A program made the translations under genes and the position numbers. This document shows, piece by piece, positions 54,376 through 64,000 of a stretch of DNA of 64,000 nt. Below the pieces are notes generated by a model that saw only the letters and a program-made list of their open reading frames with translations, did no database searches and was not told where the DNA came from. Position 1 is the stretch's first letter. Each line of letters begins with the position of its first letter. This DNA is from Macrostomum lignano (Eukaryota), in the NCBI GenBank assembly GCA_002269645.1, contig NIVC01000903.1, positions 79,178-143,177 on the forward strand, read 5' to 3'.

Positions 54376-56781
54376 ATGTCGCAGCTGCCGCAGCTGGGCA
54401 GCACCCTGCCTGACGAGCTTCTGTTCGTCTCGACCACGGCGGCTGCAACCGCCGCCGCCAACGCCACCGAGCCGGAGTACTCCACCCCGGTGATGGGCCT
54501 GCTCGGCTTCCTGGCCTCGGTGGCCAGCTTCGTCACCGTGGTCGGTAACCTGCTGGTCATCACGGCGTTCTTCGTTGAACGCCAGCTGCGCAGCGCCACC
54601 AACTATTTCATCGCCTCGCTGGCCATCACTGACCTGCTGATCGGCATGTTCAGCATGAACCTGTACACCCTGTACCTCCTGCTGGGCAAGTGGCCTCTCG
54701 GCCGCTTCGTGTGCAACATGTGGCTGTCGTTGGACTACACGGCCTGCCTGACGTCGCAGTACACCGTGTTCTGCATCACTGTGGACAGATTCTGCTCGGT
54801 GAAGATTCCAGCGAAGTACAGGAAGTGGCGCACCGAACGCAAAGTGCAGCTGATGGTGGCGGCCACCTGGGTGCTGCCCGCTATGCTGTTCGTGCCGTCA
54901 ACTTTTGCCTGGCCCTACCTGTCAAGCAAGGTGCGCAGCGAGGATGCTTGCTACGCTGAGTTCTCTGAGGATCCCGTCTACAACACAGTGCTGACCATCT
55001 GCTACTTCTGGGTGACCCTGGTGGCTATGATCGCGCTGTACATCGGCATCTACCGGGTGGCGCTCAACCTGGCCAGGAAGTCCGAGGCCAAGCGGCAGAA
55101 GGTCAGCAACCTCATAACCATGGCCAACCAGACTGCCCGGGTGGGCATCGGGATCACCAACGCCCAGCGGAGTCCGTCACACGAAGCTGGCGGCGGCGGA
55201 GGTGGAGGCGGCGGCGGTGGTGGTGGAGGCGGACGAGGCAGCGGTAGCGCCGGCGGCGGCGAGGCCGGCAAGAGCCCGCAGAGGCCGCTGATCAAAGCCG
55301 CTGGTGGCGGAGGCGGAGGTGGTGACGTCACTGCCGGCAGGGGCGGAGCAGCAGCCGGCTCCTCCTCAAAAGCCGCCGCCGGCGGGTCGCACGACGCGCG
55401 AAAAGTGTCGAAGAAGGACAAGAAAAAGAGCGGCAACAACGCTGGCGGCGGCGGCGGCGGTGGCCGACGGGCGGTGCACAGCCAGAGCACCTCCTACCGG
55501 AGCGGACTGTCCTCGGACTACTGCTCCTCCCGAGCCGAGGACGATCGGTCGAGCTCGCCGGCGCTGCCCTCGGACTCGGACAACGGGCTGCACACGCCGG
55601 AGCCGACCTCCACCGGCGCCGGGCGAGCCACCACGACGGGGGCTTCGGTGGCGCCGGGCTCAGCCACGTCGAGACTGCCCGCCGCCAACAGCGCTGACAG
55701 CCGGCAGAACAATTCGAAACAGCCAATGACCGACCAGGCCTCGGACCCTGCGACCGCCCGGGAGGCACCTGGAGCGTCCGCGCCTCCCCCTCCTCCGTCG
55801 CCGCCTTCTTTGGCAATTGTGACCGTGGCCACGTCCGCTGTTGTCAGCCAGAAGCTGACCGCGTCCAACGACTCCGATTATCACACTGCCAGCGGACTCA
55901 GCTTTGAGAACGCCGCCCTGGACGCCAACGGGCATAGTGGCGCCGTCAGCCTAGCGGATACGCAGCAGCAGCAGCCGCAGCAGCAGCAGCAGCAGCAGCA
56001 GCAGCTGAAGACTCTGCAGTTCTCCTTGTGCGCTCCGTCGGACGAGTTTGAAGGCCTCCGTTATATCGACGAGGAGAGCATCCGGTCGAATCCATCCATC
56101 GACTCCATGCGGCTGCTCATCGAACTGCTGCCCAAGCACAGCCAGATCCTCGTCAATGACCGCTCGGCCAGGCCCGGCTCTCCGATTTGGAAGCGGCGGC
56201 CATCTTATGAGGACGAGCTGGCCGCCGCGGCCGAAGCGGCCGCCGTGCAGACCCGCGTTGACTTGAACTCCGGCGAACGGGACCGCGTGGTCACCTCAGT
56301 GGTGGAGCTGCCGCTGCCGCAGCCGGTGCGACGAACGGCGCAGCAGTCGACGCAGACAGTCGGCGACGACGAGATCGAAGTGATCCAGTGTGGCGCCGAG
56401 GAGCGGCGGAAGCAGCTGCACCTGCCGACGCTCGCCCAGTCGTTCCGGGACGCTACGAGGCGGCTGCGCAGTCGGGTGCGGACGAAACGGCAGGACCGGC
56501 AGAAGAAGAAGCAGTCGCGCACGGAGAATCGGGCCCGGAAGGCGCTGAAGACCATCACGCTGATCCTTGGCGCCTTCGTGGTCTGCTGGACGCCCTATCA
56601 CATCTTCATCCTGATCCGCAGCATCTGCCAGGCTCAGTGCCTCAATAAGCACCTGTTCAACCTGGGCTACTGGCTGTGCTACCTCAACAGCCCCATCAAT
56701 CCGTTCTGCTACGCGCTAGCCAATGCGCAGTTCAAGAAGGCCTTCCTGCGGATCATAAGGCTGGACCTGCGGAGACGATGA
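54376..56781 (+). CDS. Muscarinic acetylcholine receptor, B-type (GAR-1/GAR-2 / Drosophila mAChR-B-like); intronless class A GPCR, ~801 aa
   Basis: Seven TM segments: GNLLVI, TNYFIASLAITDLLIG, WLSLDY (Asp3.32), TSQYTVFCITVDRFCSV, CWTPYH, WLCYLNSPINPFCYALAN..FKKAF. The third intracellular loop is very long and low-complexity. ATG at 54376 follows GTG; TGA at 56779-56781. Confidence 0.93.
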   Translation: MSQLPQLGSTLPDELLFVSTTAAATAAANATEPEYSTPVMGLLGFLASVASFVTVVGNLLVITAFFVERQLRSATNYFIASLAITDLLIGMFSMNLYTLYLLLGKWPLGRFVCNMWLSLDYTACLTSQYTVFCITVDRFCSVKIPAKYRKWRTERKVQLMVAATWVLPAMLFVPSTFAWPYLSSKVRSEDACYAEFSEDPVYNTVLTICYFWVTLVAMIALYIGIYRVALNLARKSEAKRQKVSNLITMANQTARVGIGITNAQRSPSHEAGGGGGGGGGGGGGGGRGSGSAGGGEAGKSPQRPLIKAAGGGGGGGDVTAGRGGAAAGSSSKAAAGGSHDARKVSKKDKKKSGNNAGGGGGGGRRAVHSQSTSYRSGLSSDYCSSRAEDDRSSSPALPSDSDNGLHTPEPTSTGAGRATTTGASVAPGSATSRLPAANSADSRQNNSKQPMTDQASDPATAREAPGASAPPPPPSPPSLAIVTVATSAVVSQKLTASNDSDYHTASGLSFENAALDANGHSGAVSLADTQQQQPQQQQQQQQQLKTLQFSLCAPSDEFEGLRYIDEESIRSNPSIDSMRLLIELLPKHSQILVNDRSARPGSPIWKRRPSYEDELAAAAEAAAVQTRVDLNSGERDRVVTSVVELPLPQPVRRTAQQSTQTVGDDEIEVIQCGAEERRKQLHLPTLAQSFRDATRRLRSRVRTKRQDRQKKKQSRTENRARKALKTITLILGAFVVCWTPYHIFILIRSICQAQCLNKHLFNLGYWLCYLNSPINPFCYALANAQFKKAFLRIIRLDLRRR

Positions 56782-57615
56782 GGCTTCCAACCCCGGCGTT
56801 CAAGAGGGATCTCAAGGGCCGAGCAGGGGGTTTGGGGCGGTAGGCCTGCTCAGCATTTCAATCACGGGTGGCAACTCCACCCGCCTTTCTCTTCACTGCC
56901 TCGCCCTCTCACTGCCTCGCCCTCTCACTGCCTCGCCCTCTCGCCATGACGTGAAATTTTGGAGGCCAAAGGAAATCTCAGAGCGATGGCTGAAGAGAGG
57001 GATGGGTGAGTGAGAACGGAGAAGTGCCCCCACCCCCCCCCTATGCCACTTTTAAGCATCGGAGAGGCTGGAAGCATCATCACCGCTATTAGACTGAGGC
57101 CCGGGCCAGGCGACCCCAAGCCAGTCAGTCAATCCTGCCTTCTGTCTACTGGGATTCAGAATTCGCATTCCCAGCTCAATTCTCGCCATGAGAATCGCAC
57201 ACTTAATCGCAGCAAATTTGCTAAATTTATTTTCAGATAAATCCTTCACTATTCACAATTTGGAAATAATCTTGGCATCGAAAATTTGTTTTCCAATCGC
57301 TTTTGAATGCAACTTTTGTCTCATCAACTGCTCTCTGTATCACCCAAAAATTGATGCGTTTTTGGTCTGGAGTCAAAAGCTGCTTGATGAACTGAGTTAT
57401 TCCCGCACCTTTAGCAATATAAAACTTTCTACCTGCGCCCATAGCCCCCAAACCATATTGTCCAGTTTCTGAACTTGCACCCTCGACTGGACAAGCACAG
57501 TCTGTCTGTGGCGCCCGTTAGAATATACATTTTTATTGGATTACTATTCACTAAGCTATTTAAGTGCATATTGAGTCTTGCTTGTTGAATTTTTGCCCTT
57601 ATAGAACCTAAGCGC

Positions 57616-58215
57616 CAACGCCCCAACACCTCTGTAATCTAGCACCACAACACTCCAACACCCCAACACCTAACACCCCAACACCCCAACACCTAACACC
57701 CCAACACCCCAACACCCCAACACCCCAACACCCAACACCCCAACACCCAACACCCCAACACCCAACACCCCAACACCCAACACCCCAACACCCAACACCC
57801 CAACACCCAACACTCCAACACCCCAACACCTAACACCCCAACACCCCAACACCCCAACACCCCAACACTCAACACCCAACACCCAACACCCCAACACCCA
57901 ACACCCAACACCCCAACACCCCAACACCCCAACACTCAACACCCCAACACCCAACACCCCAACACCCCAACACCCCAACACCCCAACACCCAACACCCCA
58001 ACACCCAACACCCCAACACTCAACACCCAACACCCAACACCCCAACACTCAACACCCAACACCCCAACACCCCAACACCCCAACACCCAACACCCCAACA
58101 CCTCAGTAATTCAGCACAACAACACCCCAACACTCAAACACTCCAACACCCCAACACCCTAACACTCCAGTACCCCAGCAACCCAACACTTCAGCGTCCA
58201 ACATCCCAATACCCC
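57616..58215. repeat. (CACCCCAA/CACCCAA)n microsatellite
   Basis: Direct inspection; source of the GVLGC ORFs. Confidence 0.93.
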
Positions 58216-60524
58216 AATACCCTAAATTAATTGTACACGAATATTCAACAACTGGATTAAATGATAATTCTTCAGTAAAATTGCAAAAAACAAAAATATA
58301 TTAGGCCACCTGATATTAACTGAATTTTATTATCAGCATTCCGATATTACGCCAGTGCTGTTCGCGAGACAGCAGCAATACTATTTTTAAAAAAGAGGTC
58401 ACAGAACTTACAGAGGCGAAGTTCGTGACTGCATCGCTGCAGTGAGAGAGGAAGGGAGGCAGACATGGATCATGCGAACCCATCAAGGCAGACTCGGGCT
58501 AAGCCAAGACTGCTCAGGGAAGCTGAAAGATTGAGACACAGCTCTGACAAAGAGCCGAGAGAGGACCGGGGCGAAATGGAATACTCACCGAGGTCGGGAG
58601 CAGAATTATGAAAGCTGAGGGACCAGCACTGATGAATTCGCTACCGTCGCCTCAGTGTCTCCCGGCCTACACTTTTCGCATCTGCCTTTAATCCAATTTC
58701 AGAGATTCGGTGGGGCAAAAGCCAGTCATCCGGATTCTATGTCCTACCGCGTCTCCAGTTCCATCAGGCCTCCCAACCGCAGCCGCTTCCCATCCTGCTC
58801 ATCCGCTTTTATCCCTAATGTGACTGCTCACGCTCAGGTCCGCTTGCGGCAAGAAATTTCAAAGGGAGCGAATTTTTCTCCTAGTAACTAAGGGGAGGAG
58901 CGTGCTAGACTGGGGGAGCCTGAGCCACTTTGATCAGTGCCTGCTGCACCCATCCAACTCCTTTGGCCGTCCAGGAAATTAATGCCGGCCCCGGCCATCT
59001 TGGCCGCCGCTTCTGATAGAACCGGACAGTCAGGCCCCATTCCGCTGATCCCTTGGGCAATAAAAATATTTTTGTTTATTTACATGCGCATAACTGCACT
59101 TAATCTTAGCCAATTATAAACGGCTTGTCGAGTCAATTAAGACTGACATGGACATACACGGCAGGCAGGTAACAGGTGTACTTTATAGAGCTTCATCCTC
59201 AGGCCCGCACCGCACTGCTGTTGGGAATATAGTCCAGGCTAACGGGCCCAGCCTCACTCACTCTGCCTGCTAATTAACCGCTCGAACTCCCACGGTCCGT
59301 CTGTCTGGCTGTCGGCTCAGTCAAATCAAGTTGAATCCGTGCCAATTGCATGGCTAAGGCTTTTTTGAGAGCCTGTGGCGAACTAATTAACACTCACTTG
59401 GCTGTTAACTGCCTTCAGTATCGCCAGTCTCCATGGACTAATAAAAACCTTTGCAAGCATACTTCTATAGCAGTTTCCTCCCCCATCAGCTTGAGTATAG
59501 GCGACCTTGTCATTGAACTGTCGATCAGCTGCTTTTGAATTCGTTTACAGTGGAGTGAATTCGATTGGTATTCTAAAATCAAAGGAATTTTCGATGGCAT
59601 AATCCTGAAATCTGAGCTGCAGCCGCCTCCAGCCAAATTTGCGAGAGCTGCGTGCTTCTGCTGTACATGTAGCGGTCCATGACAGCGGTCCATTCACATT
59701 ACCTTGGATAAGCACCGCGTACATGACTGCGAATATTGACCAGGGAAATCTGGTCCTCTGCGACTGTGGTGCCCGCCTCGAGATTCCCAGCCCAGGTGCA
59801 GCAGGCTTGGCAACTGCTATCGCCGTAGCAATTCCCACACAATTCCCCCAGTTCGATCTGGGACGAGCTGCTGGCCCAGCACTGCAGCGCTCAGCTTCCC
59901 CCCATCCACATCTCTCTCACTCAATCAATCAGTGACACGCTCGAATCGATAAGCCAGCTACGGATCAGGCAGCTCGGGAGCGGGGGAGCTTTCAGCCGCC
60001 AGCTCCCCCTACCCCAGCCGAAAATCTCTTGAGCCCCCGGCCCGTTCCGAGTAGCTGCAGCAGCTGCAGCATTAATGAATAGCCACAGCAATATAGTCGG
60101 CCGCCGATACGGCAATGATAAGAGTAACCAGACTTTCCCATTAAGACTGACAGGGGGATGGGAATAGACGGAACCCGGGCATTAATCAAAATTCACTGCC
60201 TACCAGTTTTAATAATTTCAAAGGTTAGAAATTCCAATTAAGGGTTTACTTGGATGTTTGAAGATAAGTCAGTAGCGAATTCTCTTTAACATCCTAATTA
60301 ATTATTTCAACAGAAGAAGCCACAAGCAGACAGCCAAAAGAAGCTCTGTCTCAAAAAGAATTTGTGAGGCTGATAATGGAAAATGCGGATTCTAAAAGGC
60401 AAATAGCAATCCTATTTAATATGAGCGCATCAAGGCCTTCTCGTTTACCCGATGCTTAATGTTGAGCCAAAACACATTATAAAGGCCAAAATTCACCAAA
60501 ATTAAAAAAAATCAAAAGGGGGTA

Positions 60525-60700
60525 ACACACTAATTCCACTGTAACACACACTACATGTAATTCCACTGTAACACTCCCTAATTCCACAGTAACACACACA
60601 CTACATGTAATTCCACTGTAACACTCCCTAATTCCACAGTAACACACACACTACATGTAATTCCACTGTAACACTCCCTAATTCCACTGTAACACACTGC
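60525..60700. repeat. Short repeat array (TAATTCCACTGTAACAC...)
   Basis: About 7 copies of a 17-nt core with variable spacers. Confidence 0.75.
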
Positions 60701-61088
60701 GATTACACTTTGACTACTATTTCTAATGCTCTTGGGTTACCTTGCTGCATAAAAAATCAATATCGAGCTGTAAACTATTGCTTGACGACAGTTTAGTAAC
60801 GATTTGTCAATACTTACAAAGTTTAACGATTTAAAATGAAATACATTCATTGGGATACATTATATTTTGCGTACCTATTAATTTCTAATTAGTTCATTTT
60901 TATACTTCATACTAATTCTCGACCATTTTAATAAACAAAAACGTAAGGTTGAGGCACTATGTACTATAAGCAAAATAATTCGATATACGCTAGATACAGG
61001 CAATACTACTGCTCCACGAATGTGAGTAGTAGGTGAAGTAAACTTTTTACACGAATTTTCTTTTTTTAAAACACCAAAGACATCACAA

Positions 61089-62508
61089 AGACATCAAAGA
61101 CACAGCTGCCAATGATGTGCAGACATCAAAGACACAGCCGCCAATGATGTGCAGACATCAAAGACACAGCCGCCAATGATGTGCAGACATCAAAGACACA
61201 GCCGCCAATGATGTGCAGACATCAAAGACACAGCCCCCAATGATGTGCAGACATCAAAGACACAGCCGCCAATGATGTGCAGACATCAAAGACACAGCCG
61301 CCAATGATGTGCAGACATCAAAGACACAGCCGCCAATGATGTGCAGACATCAAAGACACAGCCGCCAATGATGTGCAGACATCAAAGACACAGCCGCCAA
61401 TGATGTGCAGACATCAAAGACACAGCCGCCAATGATGTGCAGACATCAAAGACACAGCCGCCAATGATGTGCAGACATCAAAGACACAGCCGCCAATGAT
61501 GTGCAGACATCAAAGACACAGCCGCCAATGATGTGCAGACATCAAAGACACAGCCGCCAATGATGTGCAGACATCAAAGACACAGCCGCCAATGATGTGC
61601 AGACATCAAAGACACAGCCGCCAATGATGTGCAGACATCAAAGACACAGCCGCCAATGATGTGCAGACATCAAAGACACAGCCGCCAATGATGTGCAGAC
61701 ATCAAAGACACAGCCGCCAATGATGTGCAGACATCAAAGACACAGCCGCCAATGATGTGCAGACATCAAAGACACAGCCGCCAATGATGTGCAGACATCA
61801 AAGACACAGCCGCCAATGATGTGCAGACATCAAAGACACAGCCCCCAATGATGTGCAGACATCAAAGACACAGCCCCCAATGATGTGCAGACATCAAAGA
61901 CACAGCCGCCAATGATGTGCAGACATCAAAGACACAGCCCCCAATGATGTGCAGACATCAAAGACACAGCCGCCAATGATGTGCAGACATCAAAGACACA
62001 GCCGCCAATGATGTGCAGACATCAAAGACACAGCCGCCAATGATGTGCAGACATCAAAGACACAGCCGCCAATGATGTGCAGACATCAAAGACACAGCCG
62101 CCAATGATGTGCAGACATCAAAGACACAGCCGCCAATGATGTGCAGACATCAAAGACACAGCCGCCAATGATGTGCAGACATCAAAGACACAGCCGCCAA
62201 TGATGTGCAGACATCAAAGACACAGCCGCCAATGATGTGCAGACATCAAAGACACAGCCGCCAATGATGTGCAGACATCAAAGACACAGCCGCCAATGAT
62301 GTGCAGACATCAAAGACACAGCCGCCAATGATGTGCAGACATCAAAGACACAGCCGCCAATGATGTGCAGACATCAAAGACACAGCCCCCAATGATGTGC
62401 AGACATCAAAGACACAGCCCCCAATGATGTGCAGACATCAAAGACACAGCCGCCAATGATGTGCAGACATCAAAGACACAGCCCCCAATGATGTGCAGAC
62501 ATCAAAGA
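61089..62508. repeat. 32-bp minisatellite (GACATCAAAGACACAGCCGCCAATGATGTGCA)
   Basis: About 44 near-identical copies; the only variant seen is CCGCC/CCCCC. Confidence 0.97.
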
Positions 62509-62662
62509 CGATACCCCCTACAATTCAGACATGAGGAAATGTCGCCAGCTATAAACAGCAGGAGCTGCCCTTTTATGATGCAAATTTAGGTAAACATCGC
62601 AAACAGGACAGAGAACTAGCACGCGTGCAAGACATTTATGGCTACTCGGTAAAAAACTAAAA

Positions 62663-63938
62663 TTAGTTCTTAGAAGCGGGCGATCGCTCTCGCTTGACAG
62701 TCTCTGTCGGCGGCAGCCAGGGCTCGGCAACGACAAAGCTCGGCGGCGGGTTGCTGTTCTTGTCGTAGTAGCTCATGAGCCGGCCGTCCGTGTACCCGTA
62801 GCTGTAGGGCGCGTGCGGCCGCACATTTTTGTGCGCCTCCACCCACTTGGCGAATGCCGCCTCCGACTTCCGCTTCACCTCCAGCTTGTGCGCCTCCGCC
62901 GCCTCCGCCTCCTGCTTGGCCTTCTGCAGCTCGGCTCGGCGCTTCTCTTCGTAGGCGCTGCGCCACTTGGCGAACTCCACCTTGGCCTTGGCCTTGATCG
63001 CCTCCTTCTCCTTCTCCTTCTCTTCGCCTTCGCCTCCTCTTCCGCCTTTTTCCGCTGTTCCTCCTCGTGCTGCTGCTGGCTGCTGCCGCTTCTTGGCCAG
63101 CCAGCGCTTGATGGCCGCATCAACGGCGGCCTTCTTGGACGCCTTCTCCGCCTTGGCCTTCTCCTGCTGCTCTGCCTCTCGACGGCGCTGCTCTCGAAGC
63201 CGGCGCTCCTTTGCCAGGAACCAGGCCTCCCAGGTGCGTTCGCGAGTGCCGCCTGCATTGACGGAAGCCGCAGCCGAGGCGGAGGCGGCGGCTGAGACAG
63301 TCGATGACGCAGCCGCGCCCGAGGCGGAGCTGCGCCGATCCTCGAGTCCGCCGTCGAAGCCGACGCGACTCGACGCCGCTGTCGAGGCGGCTGCTTTCGC
63401 GACGAGGCCGCCGATGCCGCCGATGCCGTCGTAGTGACGGACCGGTTGGAGGCTGGAGGCGACAAGTTCCGGCGCGCCACCTTCCGTCTGGTGGAGGCGG
63501 TGGCGATTTCGTCAGTGCTTCCCCCGTTGAGCCGCTGCGCCACCTCCTGCGGCGCGGACAGCCTCGTCGGGCAGCGCCGGCTTCAGCCCGCGGCCGTCCG
63601 GACATCCTTGCCATCGCCGTCGCCGCTGCCGGTCTGTCGCTTCGCCGTCACTTGCCGCAGCAGCAGCCGCCACGCCGCCGGTTCTTCGGAGTCTGTAGAC
63701 AACTCGTCCTCATCGAAGCTGTCGTGATACAGAATGGAGGTCAGCGACTCCGTAGATGTCCGGCTGCCTTCGCGGCGGGCGTCCCGCCCGCGGCCGCCTC
63801 CTCCTCCGCAGCGCCAGCGTCCAGCTGAGCCATGAGGTCCTCCAGGGTGGCGCTGGGCCGAGGATGTCGCCCCAGCCGAAGGTGTACGCGTCCGGGTAGA
63901 AAGGTGCCAGTGATGGGCTTGGGCCGGGTGGTGGCCAT
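62663..63938 (-). CDS. CCDC34: CCDC34-like coiled-coil protein, interrupted by multiple apparent frameshifts (error-ridden CDS or pseudogene)
   Basis: C-terminal SYGYTDGRLMSYYDKNSNPPPSFVVAEPW matches my recollection of CCDC34 SYGYANGKLTGFYSGNSYPEPAFYNPIPW. TWEAWFLAKE matches TPWEVWFIGKE, and SLTSILYHDSFDEDE resembles LSPLGHQSFPFDED. These pieces lie in different frames. Candidate ATG at 63938, TAA at 62665-62663. Confidence 0.8.
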
Positions 63939-64000
63939 CTTCCAGGGGCTGCGGAGCGGTCGAGATGCAAGTTTTTTTGGCATGGAACTTCATTAAAGCG

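Noticed and set aside
54039-56652. Overlapping antisense and alternative-frame ORFs over the GC-rich genes
   Set aside because: Shadow ORFs of GC-rich coding sequence without recognisable motifs.

Overview
Eukaryotic (metazoan) genomic DNA. GC-rich exons, GT-AG introns and very abundant kilobase-scale mini/microsatellites suggest a flatworm such as Macrostomum; this is inference and was not verified. Four protein-coding genes are recognisable: (1) a CCDC142-like gene on the minus strand (exons ~5892-5062 and 3473-1072, one apparent frameshift, continuing off the left edge); (2) a complete 7-exon STARD3/MLN64 gene (+, 11802-20231, ~439 aa, MENTAL + START domains); (3) an intronless B-type muscarinic acetylcholine receptor (+, 54376-56781); (4) a CCDC34-like gene (-, ~63938-62663) broken by several frameshifts. 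About one third of the window is tandem repeat, and most ORF-track entries are repeat artefacts. The outstanding unexplained structure is a 9,360-bp non-coding, almost perfect palindrome (21636-30995). It has two 4,586-bp inverted arms, a 188-bp spacer, an exact 6-bp flanking duplication (GCAGTT) and modular internal repeats, so it behaves like a mobile fold-back element of unassigned family. Also present are a tRNA-headed SINE with a CORE-like segment (two copies), a hAT-type MITE with an 8-bp TSD, and several minisatellites whose units carry canonical transcription-factor motifs (TCF/LEF, AP-1, RFX X-box, CCAAT).
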